Position numbers and translations under genes: made by a program
Origin: Octopus vulgaris
Lineage: Eukaryota
DNA length: 64,000 nt
Direction of reading: 5' to 3'
Assembly: GCA_951406725.2 (NCBI GenBank)
Contig: OX597815.1
Location: forward strand, 129,580,001-129,644,000
Notes under the pieces: generated by a model
The model's input: the letters and a program-made list of their open reading frames with translations, nothing else
Told to the model about the DNA's origin: nothing
Database searches by the model: none
In this document: positions 1 to 11,495 of the stretch, in pieces
Layout of the letters: each line of letters starts with the position of its first letter
Position numbering within the stretch: position 1 is the first letter of the stretch

Positions 1-596
1 ATATATTTTTTATACGTATATTTCTTACATATTATAGAGAATTTGGTTTATATATATTTTTTACACATAATTTTTTTCTGTACTCTACCTTCCACCCTGC
101 ATTTTCCCCTGTATCTATATAGATGTGTATATGGAAGCCTTTGTGCGCGCGGGTGGATGTGTGTATATAAATGTGTGCGTACATGCGAGTACGTGGTTTA
201 CTCTTTGTGTAATCCCTTATGCCTTTTTTCTCTATTGTTACCCTTAACCCTGTTTTTTCTTGTGCTTGTACGTATGTAGACGTATGTATGAACTTTTACG
301 GTGCACGTGTGTGTGTGTGAGTTTGTATGTATATGTATATACATTTGGCGAAGGATGCGAGAGAAGATGTGTACGTTTTTTTAGTGAGGGTGGATGAATG
401 TATGCGTATCCACGTGAGTGTGCGGGCGCACATGTGTAGGTATGAACAGGCGCGCTTACACGAATACTATGAACTTTTTACCCCCTTACCTTAATTAGCG
501 GTCATTCGAATAGCTCTTTTGTCTTATTAGCGGTCAATAACACAGTAATTTCCCTTTGTATAACGGTCATTTTTCATAGCGTTTTTCCGATGGCCG

Positions 597-657
597 GATA
601 ACTGAAGAGATGGTGGCGTGGATCCGAAACTCAGCATCCGAAACTCAGAGTTTTATC
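597..657 (+). ncRNA. Minimal type-I hammerhead ribozyme motif
   Basis: gataa-CTGAAGA-gatg...catc-c-GAAA-ctc-a-gag-TT-ttatc; stems I, II and III can all pair. Confidence 0.55.
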
Positions 658-770
658 TTGGCTACTGAATAATTGTCACATATTATATTTACAGATAAAT
701 TCCTCTATTTACATAATATCGAGGTCTCTTTCTTTCTTTTGTTATCTTACCGTTTTTATCAATATATATA

Positions 771-1058
771 TATTATTATTATTATTATTCAGTAGTCTTA
801 TTTCTATCACGTGCTTTCACTGCACTACCGAGCGCAGCTGTGTGTGCCTTGGGTATGTACTGTGGTTTGTTGTGATGCTCTTATTGTTACGGTATTGAAA
901 GTGTTTTACGTAGGATACTTGTAAGTCCTGGTGTTTTAGTTTTGTATTTGAATGTTTCTTTTTACCATAGCTAATGCGCCTACAATATTAGGAATTGTTT
1001 CTGTTTTAAGGCTCCACATTAGATTTAACTCTATTTCCAGATCTTTATATTATTAATA
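771..1058 (-). mobile_element. R4/Dong-like 3' fragment
   Basis: The - strand reads YKDLEIELNLMWSLKTETIPNIVGAL and ends in (TAA)n. Confidence 0.7.
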
Positions 1059-1294
1059 TTATTATCAGCAGCTGACACGACTTCTTTGGGCGCAGATCTA
1101 TGGCCTCTCGAGACCGATGGATGCTTACTACTACTACTGCAGTGAAAGCATGTGATAGAAATAAGACTACTGAATAATAATAATGTCAAATGTTTTGGTG
1201 CATGACTTTAGACCACTCTATATGTGTGCGTGTATGTGTAAGAAATCGGTTTAAAATAATGGTCATTACATACTTTCCTTTATTGGAGCAAATT

Positions 1295-1419
1295 TGGCTT
1301 ACAGCTGTTTCCAGTAGTCATTATAGGTTCATTTCTGATAAGTTTACTCAATTGGTCTATTGATCAATTAAGGAAAATTGAACGACCTAAGAAAATTAAT
1401 GCTACTTTCATCAGAGCCA
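1295..1419 (-). ncRNA. Type-I hammerhead-like motif with long stem-II loop
   Basis: tggct-CTGATGA-a-agtag...ctact-g-GAAA-cagctg-TA-agcca; palindromic stem III and a GUA triplet. Confidence 0.55.
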
Positions 1420-2074
1420 TTTCTGGTTATAACCAGAAATGGCTCTACATCCAAAGCGTTGATTGATTCATACAACTAAATGTCACACGGAACAACCTTA
1501 AAGGCTGACTCACTACGAAGTCTCCACGATGTAGAGTTACTTCAATTTCAATACATGGTCTCAGATCAAGTCACTTTGAGACTGTGAATTGAAACGGAAG
1601 CATGTACATCGTGGAACAGACATACTAGCCATCTAATCACGCGATCACTTGATCGACCGGGCTATAGGATGTTAATACATCGCTGGTTACAATGCGCTTT
1701 GCATCGTTTTAATTTTCGAATGATGCCACCTCATCGCAAAGCTGAGTGAACTGGAAAAACGTGAAACGAAACTTTTTGTTCAAGAACACAATTCGCCGCC
1801 CGGCTCGGGTATCGAACTCACAATCTAGCAATCGTGAGTGCAACACCATAACCACTACGTCATTGCTTTTCACAACCATTTAATAATACACAAAATCTGT
1901 TATATTTACTTTAATTTTATTATATGAGTTACCAAAATTTTCGTCTCACAACTGCAACCTCGTGACTGATTCAATTGCAGTAGAACTGTATCAGAGACCA
2001 GATCAAAATTATGCGACGAAAATTTTGACATATCAAATAAATTCAGAGTGAATTTAACGGCTTCATCTTTACAC

Positions 2075-2535
2075 ATTATTGTCTCGAGTCTCTGACAAAA
2101 AGGGCCGGTTACCTGGTTTCCATGGCGTATAAGTGACCGAGATTACGACATTCCTCTTGGACAGGACGCCGGTAATAAAGTCGTAGGGAAAAAAGTCAGT
2201 TATAAAGTCAAAATTTTGGCTAGAAACAAAAAGTCGCAATTTATGGGATCCGGACAAAACCCTGCTAGAACACCACCACCCCAAGACAAAACATCCCTAG
2301 AACAAAAACTCCTCGGACAACCCCCAGGCAAAACACCTGTGCCTTTTTTTTTTTACCTGGATTCGGGACACCAGTCCATTGCAGGGTTAAACTCATTTTT
2401 AACTGAGTGGACTGAAACAACGTGAGACAAAGTGTTTTGTTCAAGAATACAGCACATCGTCCGGTCCAGGAATCGAAACCACGATCTTGCGATAAGTGAG
2501 TGCAACACCCTAACCACTAGGCCACGCACTTTCAC
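2075..2535 (-). mobile_element. tRNA-derived SINE (family C)
   Basis: Head gtgcgtggcctagtggttagggtgttgcact...ggtttcgattcc. Related heads at about 1640-1875 (-) and 51340-51480 (+). Confidence 0.75.
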
Positions 2536-5500
2536 ACTTTATGAGTTATTAGATGGTTTCTCTGCGAGGCAATTGTAATACTTTTATTCATTGGTTTTCC
2601 TAACTTTGAAGATAACATAACCAGTCTTTCAACATGGATAAACAAACGTTTAAGAGATTCAAAACATAGTTTACTGTTACCTCTTTTAACTACGGTTTTT
2701 ATGAAATCATCGAAACTAATTGTCTTCGCGATATGACTGTTTTATCTTTTACTTGTTTAGTCGGACAAATCGCCCCAGTACTTACTTTTAAGGTTGCTAC
2801 TCATTCTTGCGGTCTCTTTCTCCCACTAAGTTATGGAAACGTAAACCAACCAACACTGGTTGTGAAGTAGTTGTAGGTAACAGACACACATACACGACAG
2901 GCTTCACACAGTTTCTGTCTACCAAATTCACTTCCAAGACATTGGTCGGAGTGGAGCTTATAGTTGCAGACACTTGCCCAAAGCACCGTGCAGTGGGACC
3001 GAACCTGGAATTGCTAGAATTAATAATATACTTCAGGCTCATATTCATACCTCGTTTTATTTAATGTATTTCTAATGTTCGTTTATTTAGTAACGCAATA
3101 TGTTTATATAGTTGAAATACCTACCGTTTTATTTTTCTTCATTTAAAGAATTTCAATTGCGGCGTGGAAGATGTTTATAAGCCATTTAAAAAGCACACAA
3201 AAACTTAGATTCACTTCAACATTTAAATTTTATTTGTCATAATATTTTCGTCGCTTTGAGACCGCAACAAAATTCCGTGCTGCATAAAATAATTTCATTT
3301 AATGAGAAAAAGCAGAATTTGTTTCTTCGGGTCATACGCAGTTAAATTAGGCCAATTTTCTTCGCTCAGAATGCTAACCAAAATATTAGCATAGGAAAAT
3401 GGAATACATATAATTATAATATAATATTTTGAATTGTCAGGGTGTTTTATGGTGATCATATATATTACAGATTAGTGTTTCGACTAAACATTGTAAAATG
3501 CAAATTATACCGCTGAATAACAGGCCATCACGACTTCTTACGAACAGTCATTTCCACACAACTGTGTTCCAACTCGGTGTTGAAATGGTGATTAAACTAG
3601 GTCAAATTGATCTAAGGTTTAAAATGTTTTCTTCGTGATTGTATCAGTAGCAAAATGGATGGCCAAGAGCGAGAATGAATTCTGAGTTTAAACAGGTTAT
3701 TAAATGAGACATGGGTCACAAAAAGTTGAGTAGAACCTTTGAAACGGCTTTCTGTCTCCATCGTTGATATAAAAAGAAAATTGATTACAAGATTGTCAGC
3801 AATAAGAACAAAGCAAAGCTAAAACCTAAACTAAGCAAACTAAAAGGTTAGTTGACGAATCTCAGCAAGATTTCCCATTATAACATACCATAATAATAAC
3901 GGCATTACTCTTCTTCAAAATGCTCTCTCTCTCACATACTGCCCAATCATCATGTATGACATTGTTGTCAACTACAAGTGCTTTCTCAGATTAGGGCGCA
4001 GTAAGTGATAATGGAAACGTTATGAGCGGAGCCATAACTAAATAGGTGGAAGGTGTTATTAACCATTTTTCATTTGTTTATGGTGTCCTCTATACAAAGG
4101 TCTAAAGTCGGTAAAAAGGCTAAAGTAATATAAGCTAAATAAGAGGAGTCAAAAAGTAGAAATATATGAACGTAATTCAAATTCAAAGGAAAGAATAAAA
4201 CTACGTAAATATGTCAGTTAGCAAGCGATGTTTGTGAAAATATAGCTCTGTACTCACACAAACTCTTTGGATTTCATAAACAAGACAATTAGAGAATGCT
4301 AGTCATCAAGTGTGTGTGTGTGTGTGTGTGTTAAATTAAGGATGTTATTAACAGAAATAAAATGACTGACGAAGCGGATGAAACTTTCGTCAAAATGCAT
4401 CACTATTTCCGTTTTTTACGTTTTACTTACCTATTTATTTCTATATTAAAAAAGAAAAAACGCCGGATACATATTTTAGCATGATGGTAATGGGTGGTAC
4501 TAGTTAAATGACGGAATGGGTTGCGTATTTTAGAAAGTTTAAGATAAACAAATGTTATAAAAAAAACATAGAGAAGTAGTTTATCGCATGTAATGACGAT
4601 CATAAGGAGGATGGCGATAAAGCTGACGACATCGACGATAAGAACGATGGCATCAACAACAATGAGGATGATGATGCTGATGACGGTGATTGTAATAGTG
4701 TAAAGAAGGGAAATAACTCCGAGGCAGAAAATTAATTTCAAAATCTGTTTAATACAGATGTTACATTATCATTGAAATAGGTTAATGGAAATGCTATAGA
4801 AATCAACCTGTTGCACTCAGAAAGTTTTTTGCTTTTTAAGGTTTATTCAGAGGAAAAAAATGAAACATTGAAAGATGTTTGGCAATAATAAGGAAATGAT
4901 AATGTCACGAAGGACAGAGTTTATAAGTTCATTGTTCATTATCAAAAGCTTGTTGAATCATAATTTCAAAACATGGGTGAAAAGGAAAAAGAAAGATGAC
5001 AGAACAAGAGTTTAAGAGATCAAAGGGTTAGCGATCTGGAGTTGTTTGAACATACAATTGTCCTCTGGTAAGGTAGTGAATTTCATCACTTTTTAAAAAC
5101 TTTTTAGTGACCAAAACTAGCTCTCAGATTTTAGATTCTAAACGAGGTATCAACAATTTCTTTTCTTTTTGTAATGACTCATTTTTAATTTTTTTTTTTT
5201 GCCCATGGCCTGCATATATATCATATATCTTACATGTAAAAAATATTCCCGTGTATTCTCCACCATTTCTTTCACTTGCAAAAATTAAACAATTCATGAT
5301 CTAAAGACTATTTAAAAGTCATCAATGGTTCATTGACCCACAAATACATTAAATTTTAAACTTTTCAGAACAGTTCTGATGCCCATGGACAACAACATCT
5401 CAGTGTACCATTTGTTGGCTGCAGCCTGACTTCTGCTGGTCCCTATTCTAAACTTTGCACTATAAGTTGATACATATGGTGATTGGTCAAAAACAGCCAA

Positions 5501-7759
5501 TGAAGTACCAAAAGCAAAAATTAATCAGTAATTCATTGAAAGCAAAGCTGTTTGATAAACCACAAAACAATAATTTAATCATGATTGAATGAGCTGCAAG
5601 ACAAAATATCTATGCAAGAGATACATTTTATATGAAATGAACATTTTGTTACTGACATGCCTCAAAAATAACAAGCAGAGTATATCATCATTATCATTTA
5701 GCATCTGCTTTCCATGCTGGCATAGGTTGAACAATTTGACAGGATCTGACGAGCAGCAGGACTGCATCAAGCCTTAATTGCAGCTTTGGAATGATTTCTA
5801 TGGCTGGATGCATTTCCTAATGCCAACGACTTTACTATGTGTCCTGGGTACTTTTCCATATGACACCAGTCAAGTTTTCCATGTGGCTCGGGAATGGTAG
5901 ATCAGGAAGTAGGGAATGATGAGTGAAGTGTAGCAGTAGTGGAGAGGGAGATGTAAGGGCACATAATAGTGTATTTACTTAGCTTGACATGCCTTCTCAA
6001 GCATAGCAAACCACCAGAAGTTATGGTCCCTTGTTGTTCCATCGCGTGAGAACTGGTGTTGGTTTATTTGTGTTCTGTAACTTGGTGGCAAAGTGCCAGG
6101 CATACTCACAACAGACGGGGATCAGAATATAAATGGGATGGTTGAGTAAAGGAAGAGAAAGATATAGATGGTAGTAAGTGCCAAGGCATACCCTTGAGGT
6201 TTGAAGGTCATAATATACATGGCAGGATATGTTCTGTAAAAGAGACTGATAGAATAAGTACCAGACTTGAAAAAAGTACTGAGATCAATTTGTTCAACTA
6301 AAACCTGTCAAGGTGCTGCAACATTAATTAGTTTTTGAGTAGTAAAAAGATTGTATCCTTTTATCATCTCAAAAGAAAAAAAAAGGACTTTATTTCTCAT
6401 TGCAGTTAACCAAAAGTGTTACTCCTTCATTCCCCTCCCCATCTAAAAAAAACAACAAAAAATTCTCCCAATTGCTGGTGTCCTTTATCTTCTTCCAGCT
6501 ATGCTACTCTGTGTGTGTGTGTGTCATCACCATTCAGCATCAACTTTTCTGTGCTTGCATGGCTGAGATTGAATTTATTAAAGCAGAATTTCTATGACTG
6601 GAGGCCCTTCCAGTCAACACTCCTCACCTGCTTCCAAGCAAGGTAATATTTCTTCATGGTCAGACATGTTTTTCATGAAAGACTGGAAACGAACATCAAT
6701 TGTATGATGGTGATAGTTATTTACAACCATCACATGATGTCAAGGTAAGGGTATATACAAATGCATACAACACACACGTGTGTGTGTGTGTGTGTGTGTG
6801 TGTGCATATATACCCATATAGTAGAAGACACTTGCCCAAGGTGCTGTATGCTGAGACTGAACTCTGAAACTACGTGTTTCAGAAAAAGCTTCTCAACCAT
6901 ACACCAACACTAGAAAAAATGGGATACATTTAAAACTATTCCTCTCTACCACAAGGAAATCACTGTCTCTTCTAAATCCTGGCATTAATGAAAACACTAG
7001 AACAAAGAGAAGAATGGCATTCACTGGAACTTGTTAGACTACTGGCGATTGTTTGTATTTGCAAGAATCAACTTTATAATAAACACTTAAAGGGTGTATA
7101 TTTTTCATTCATATCCATTCACCTAATTTCTTCTTTGATAAAGAGAGCTGCTCAAAATGTTATTTACTACTTCCTCCTACACCACAACATATAACTGCAA
7201 ATTTCAATCACATTCTACAGAAAGGATGGTTGAGAACAGAGTTGTAGGTAGCTATTCACCAATGTACACTAAGTTCACTGTGGCTACTTTTAACAGCCTC
7301 ATACAAAGCCTGGATTGTTCTTGTTACTAATTCTCCCACATATAGCATTGAATAAAATAACATCAATGTAATACCAAAGATGGTCTTTTTCTTTCTTATC
7401 ATTACTTGAGGATATCAAATAAATACATAGAATTGATTTATTATGTTGACACAAAGACTTAAATTAGCAATAGAAGGGAATGGTTGACTGAAGAGACACC
7501 GGTACATGGCTAGTACTTATTTTATTGAAATAAGGGGATACAAACATAGCTGAATGGTTAAAAAGTTTGCTTTGCAATAGAGAGGTTCTGAGTTCAGTCT
7601 CACTGCATGTTATCTTGAGTATATATCTATAATCATAACCTCAGGTTGACTCATCCTTTCTAAGTGAAATTCAATAGATGGGAGCTTTTTGAAAGGCTGT
7701 TGGGTGGATTGTTCCTAAGGTCTATATACATTGTGTCATGCTGATTTATTACACTAAGG

Positions 7760-8407
7760 CAGTGTTTCTCAACATTTTACCTTTGTGTAACCCTGAAAAT
7801 AAATTACATGTCTCAAAGAACTCCTGCACAAAAACAAAAAATTATGTATCATATCTTTCTCATATTTTTTATTTATAGTTTATATAGTAAATATCATATA
7901 TATATCATCATCATCATCATATCATCGTTTAACGTCCGTTTTCCATGCTGGCATGGGTTGGACGGTTTGACTGGGGTCTGGGAAGCCAGGAGGCTGCAGC
8001 AGACTCCAGTCTGTTCTGACAGTGTTTCTACAGCTGGATGCCCTTCCTAACGCCAACCAGTGAGAGTGTAGTGGGTGCTTTTTATGTGCCACTGGCACAG
8101 GGGCCAAGCATCAACCACATTTAGATGGTGCTTTTACATGCCACCGGCATGGGAGCCACTCAAAGCAGTGCTGGCATCGGCCACATTCAGATGGTGCTTT
8201 TTAAATGCTACCAGCACAGGAGCCAGTCATCTATATATATATATATATATGTGGTTATATTCTTTTGAAAACATAATAGATTAGATAGGATGATGTCTAC
8301 ATTACAATAACTAATAATATGCTGTGCATGTATAGTAATATTATGGTCATGAAATTAGCATTAGCTTATCTGACTCTTTCTCATGGAACCCTGGTTGAGA
8401 AACACTG
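7760..8407. mobile_element. hAT-type MITE with a nested RTE tail (about 7905-8230)
   Basis: TIR CAGTGTTTCTCAAC...GTTGAGAAACACTG; flanks cactaagg and cattaaga form a degenerate 8-bp TSD. Confidence 0.8.
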
Positions 8408-8859
8408 CATTAAGAGTTCATATGTGGAATATTCAGCACTTACACATTAAACAAATTGAACATTTAGTCTATCAAACAACAGATTGATCATCAGAGAATC
8501 TATCATTTTACTGAAATCAAAGAGGGTGAAATACAGTTTACTTAACTGGAATTTGAAACTGTGAAATACCTTAAAAAATCCAGAGACTGCAAAATATTTA
8601 GTCTGATGGTTGTGCTACTGTTAGAAATAGCAGCCAATCTACCTCAAATCATACCCTATAGTCTATATATCCCACCAGACCATGGGATATGTATTTTGGA
8701 GTGGTTATCCCCATTCAGCCACATAACCCAGAAAGGCAGGCACTGTGAACTGACATGAGAGACAGGACTTTCTTATGATATTTCTATCATTGTTCAATGA
8801 CTGGTTGTGCTATTCAGTGGCTCACCATAAATAAAATATGGGGAGACAACACAAAAAAG

Positions 8860-10205
8860 TGATGTGTATAAATATAAACGAATGAGGAGAGCTGCATAAA
8901 GAAGTGATTGTCACTGAAAGTGGATGGTACCTGTAGAAGAGGAAGACCCAGGATGAAATGATAAGGACCAATCTTAGTATGCTGGACGTCATGGAGACAA
9001 TGACTATGAACCGAGATGTCTGGTGATATGAAGTTCTTGAAGAGACCCACCCCCATCAGCAAAACTGAGTTCTAGAAGCGCAGTGTGCCCCACCACACTT
9101 AACAAGAAAAATTCTCACACACTCTACCACAACAAACCAAACTACAGCTCTTCATCTCTTCTCTTCTTTGCATTTCCACTTCATGCATTATGCTTACCTT
9201 CCACTCCCCAATCCTGTCCTCTTGGCTCTGCTTCACTGTATCATATCATTACTATCCGCTAGCCCCCCGACTTGTGTGTTCCACCCACACATAAGAAAAC
9301 TTTTCACACATCCTACGCCAACAAACCAATCTACATCTCTTCTCTTCCTCACATTTCCTCCTTCATACACTATGCCTACCTCTCACTCACTAATCCTGTC
9401 TTCACAGCCCTGTTTCTCCATATCATTGCTATCCAACAGCCCCCCACCCTCACTCTATATATACCCAGGTTTTCACCACTCACTTACCTACCCCTCCACA
9501 CTCTCTAATCCTGCACCTTTCACAATATCCTGCCATGTATATTATGACCTTCGAACCTCAAGGATATGCCTTGGAACTTGCCACCAGCTATATCTCTCTC
9601 TTTTTTTACTCAACCATCTCATGTTTATTCTGATTCCCATCTGTTGTGAGTATGCCCGGCACTTTGCCACCATCTTTATCTTGCTGTCTCCCACATTCTC
9701 TCTCCTTCTCCTGCACTTCCCTCAAGTTGCATAATCATGTATCTCTTTGCAGTAGCACACCTGTTTCTGTCTCCATTCTTGATTTCTCTCTCTCTGGCTG
9801 GGTAACCTTGTACCTCCTCTACAGCAAGACACTTGTTTCTGTCTCTCTGTCTCACTATAACCTTTCATCATCTGACACAAGATCACCTCCTCCAATGCCC
9901 CCTCTCCTCGCAAATGATTTTCTGTCTTGCAAGTTACTTGGTGACCCTGTCAATGTAGGTGCCACTTAAAAAGCATCCAGTCCACACATTATAGTGGTTG
10001 ATGTTTGGAAGGGTGTCCAGCAGTAAAAACCTTGCCTGTACTTGTGCAACATTAAAAGCACTAAGTCCACTCTGCTGAGTGGTTGGCGTTAGGAAGGGCA
10101 ACTAACTGCAAAAATCCTGCCAAAACAGTTACAGGGGCCTGGTGCAGGCTCCTGGAAAACCATCCCACCCATGCCAGCATGTAAGGTGGACATTAAACAA
10201 TGATG
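8860..10205 (+). mobile_element. Degraded RTE LINE 3' end (C-terminal remnant, CT-rich UTR, tail)
   Basis: gtggatggtacctgtagaagaggaagaccc (GTCRRGRP-like), then the conserved tail ending ...taaacaatgatg. Confidence 0.65.
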
Positions 10206-10842
10206 TCCACTCAGCTGGCAAAAATGAGTTGTACCTTTATTTCAAAGGGCCGGCCTTGTAACACTCTGTGTCACGCTGAATCTCCCTGAGAAATACGTTA
10301 GGGGTACACGTGTCTGTGGATTGCTCAGTCACTTGCACATTAATTTCACAAGCAAGCTGTTCCATTGATCGTATCAGCTGCGACCTTCATCATCATAACC
10401 GATGGAGTGCTCCCCACAAAAAGTGATGATGATGAGGCATATTTGAACCTGTAAGAAAACCATTTACTGTACTTTGCCATGGGGAGGGTTTCTTGCTGTA
10501 GACAAATAGATGTAGATACACCAAATCAACTCATGCAGCTCTCTAACCAGACTGTTGAATGCATGTATTACTGTATTTATTGCATATGTATGCAGAACTG
10601 CATATGTTACTATATTAACCACATATGTATGCAGGGATGCATGTTTGAATGTGTGTAAATGTGTGATACAACAGTGCATATGGCTTGGTAACATGTACTA
10701 TGCCTTCACAAATTGTTTTAGTTGCCTATGATGTCACAGGCAGACACTGACACCTTCACCTTTGTTTGACTCAGTGGAACATCTAGAATGTGACAGCAAG
10801 AGGGAGAAAGGGTTCCATCAGCACTTGACTTGTACTCATTAA

Positions 10843-11058
10843 CCCTTTCATTACTGTATTTATTTTAAGATGCTCTATGTTTCTTACAATTACTTTAAAT
10901 ATAACAAAGAATTTAGTAAAATAATCTAGTTATCATTAAGCTAGAGTTAGGAACATAAATTGTGACTAAAGTTTGGTGGAAGATTTTAATTCAAAACTTA
11001 TGAAAACAAGGCATCTGTACTAAAGAGCCAGAGCCGGTTTCAGCCGGGTTGGTAACAA
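10843..11058. mobile_element. piggyBac-type MITE copy, right end clipped
   Basis: ttaa|CCCTTTCATTAC..., near-identical to 34811-35030. Confidence 0.8.
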
Positions 11059-11145
11059 TTGGCCCAGGATTTGAACACATGATGAGGGTCAAAATGCTTG
11101 GCTCCTGATAGCTGAGTTTATCAAGTTCTAAGTTGTTATTATTAG

Positions 11146-11199
11146 ATCCCAGCTCAGCTTTGCATACATGCTCTTTTGACTATTACGCACACAAAGCAG
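11146..11199 (+). other. Candidate upstream (5'UTR or alternative) exon of the peptide gene
   Basis: ttattattag acceptor and cag|gtatgc donor bound 54 nt of non-repetitive sequence, about 240 bp upstream of the ATG exon. Confidence 0.35.
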
Positions 11200-11443
11200 G
11201 TATGCTAAGCTAATATTTTCTCTCTTGTTCTTTTAACAATATAAAAAAAGGGCTATTTTACTTGAAATACCAGAACTAATTAAATATTTGTAAACTAACA
11301 TTTCAATATCTTTGTTATTTTTATTATTGATGTTTAATATTTGATCTGCATTGCTATAGGCTTTCTGTAACACAATGATTTTCTACATTTAATTAATTGG
11401 AAAAAGACATTAAATATGATTTTATTAATTTTCCAGAATAAAT

Positions 11444-11495
11444 ATGAAACAATACATTTCCTTGATTCTTTTGCTGTGTGGGGCAATTCTCATTG
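11444..11495 (+). CDS. Small secreted cysteine-rich peptide, coding exon 1 (signal peptide MKQYISLILLLCGAILI, phase-1 end)
   Basis: Acceptor ttttccag ends at 11436. ATG at 11444 has A at -3. 17 codons show a basic n-region and a hydrophobic core. Donor G|gtaacg at 11495/11496. Confidence 0.85.

Noticed and set aside
4427-4741. Hydrophobic 104-aa ORF resembling a membrane or secreted protein
   Set aside because: The hydrophobicity comes from the reverse strand of a degenerate (GAT/GAC)n tract; the start is TTG and there are no recognisable motifs.
9168-9969. 188-aa and 107-aa ORFs
   Set aside because: CT-rich low-complexity LINE UTR that lacks stops because of its composition.
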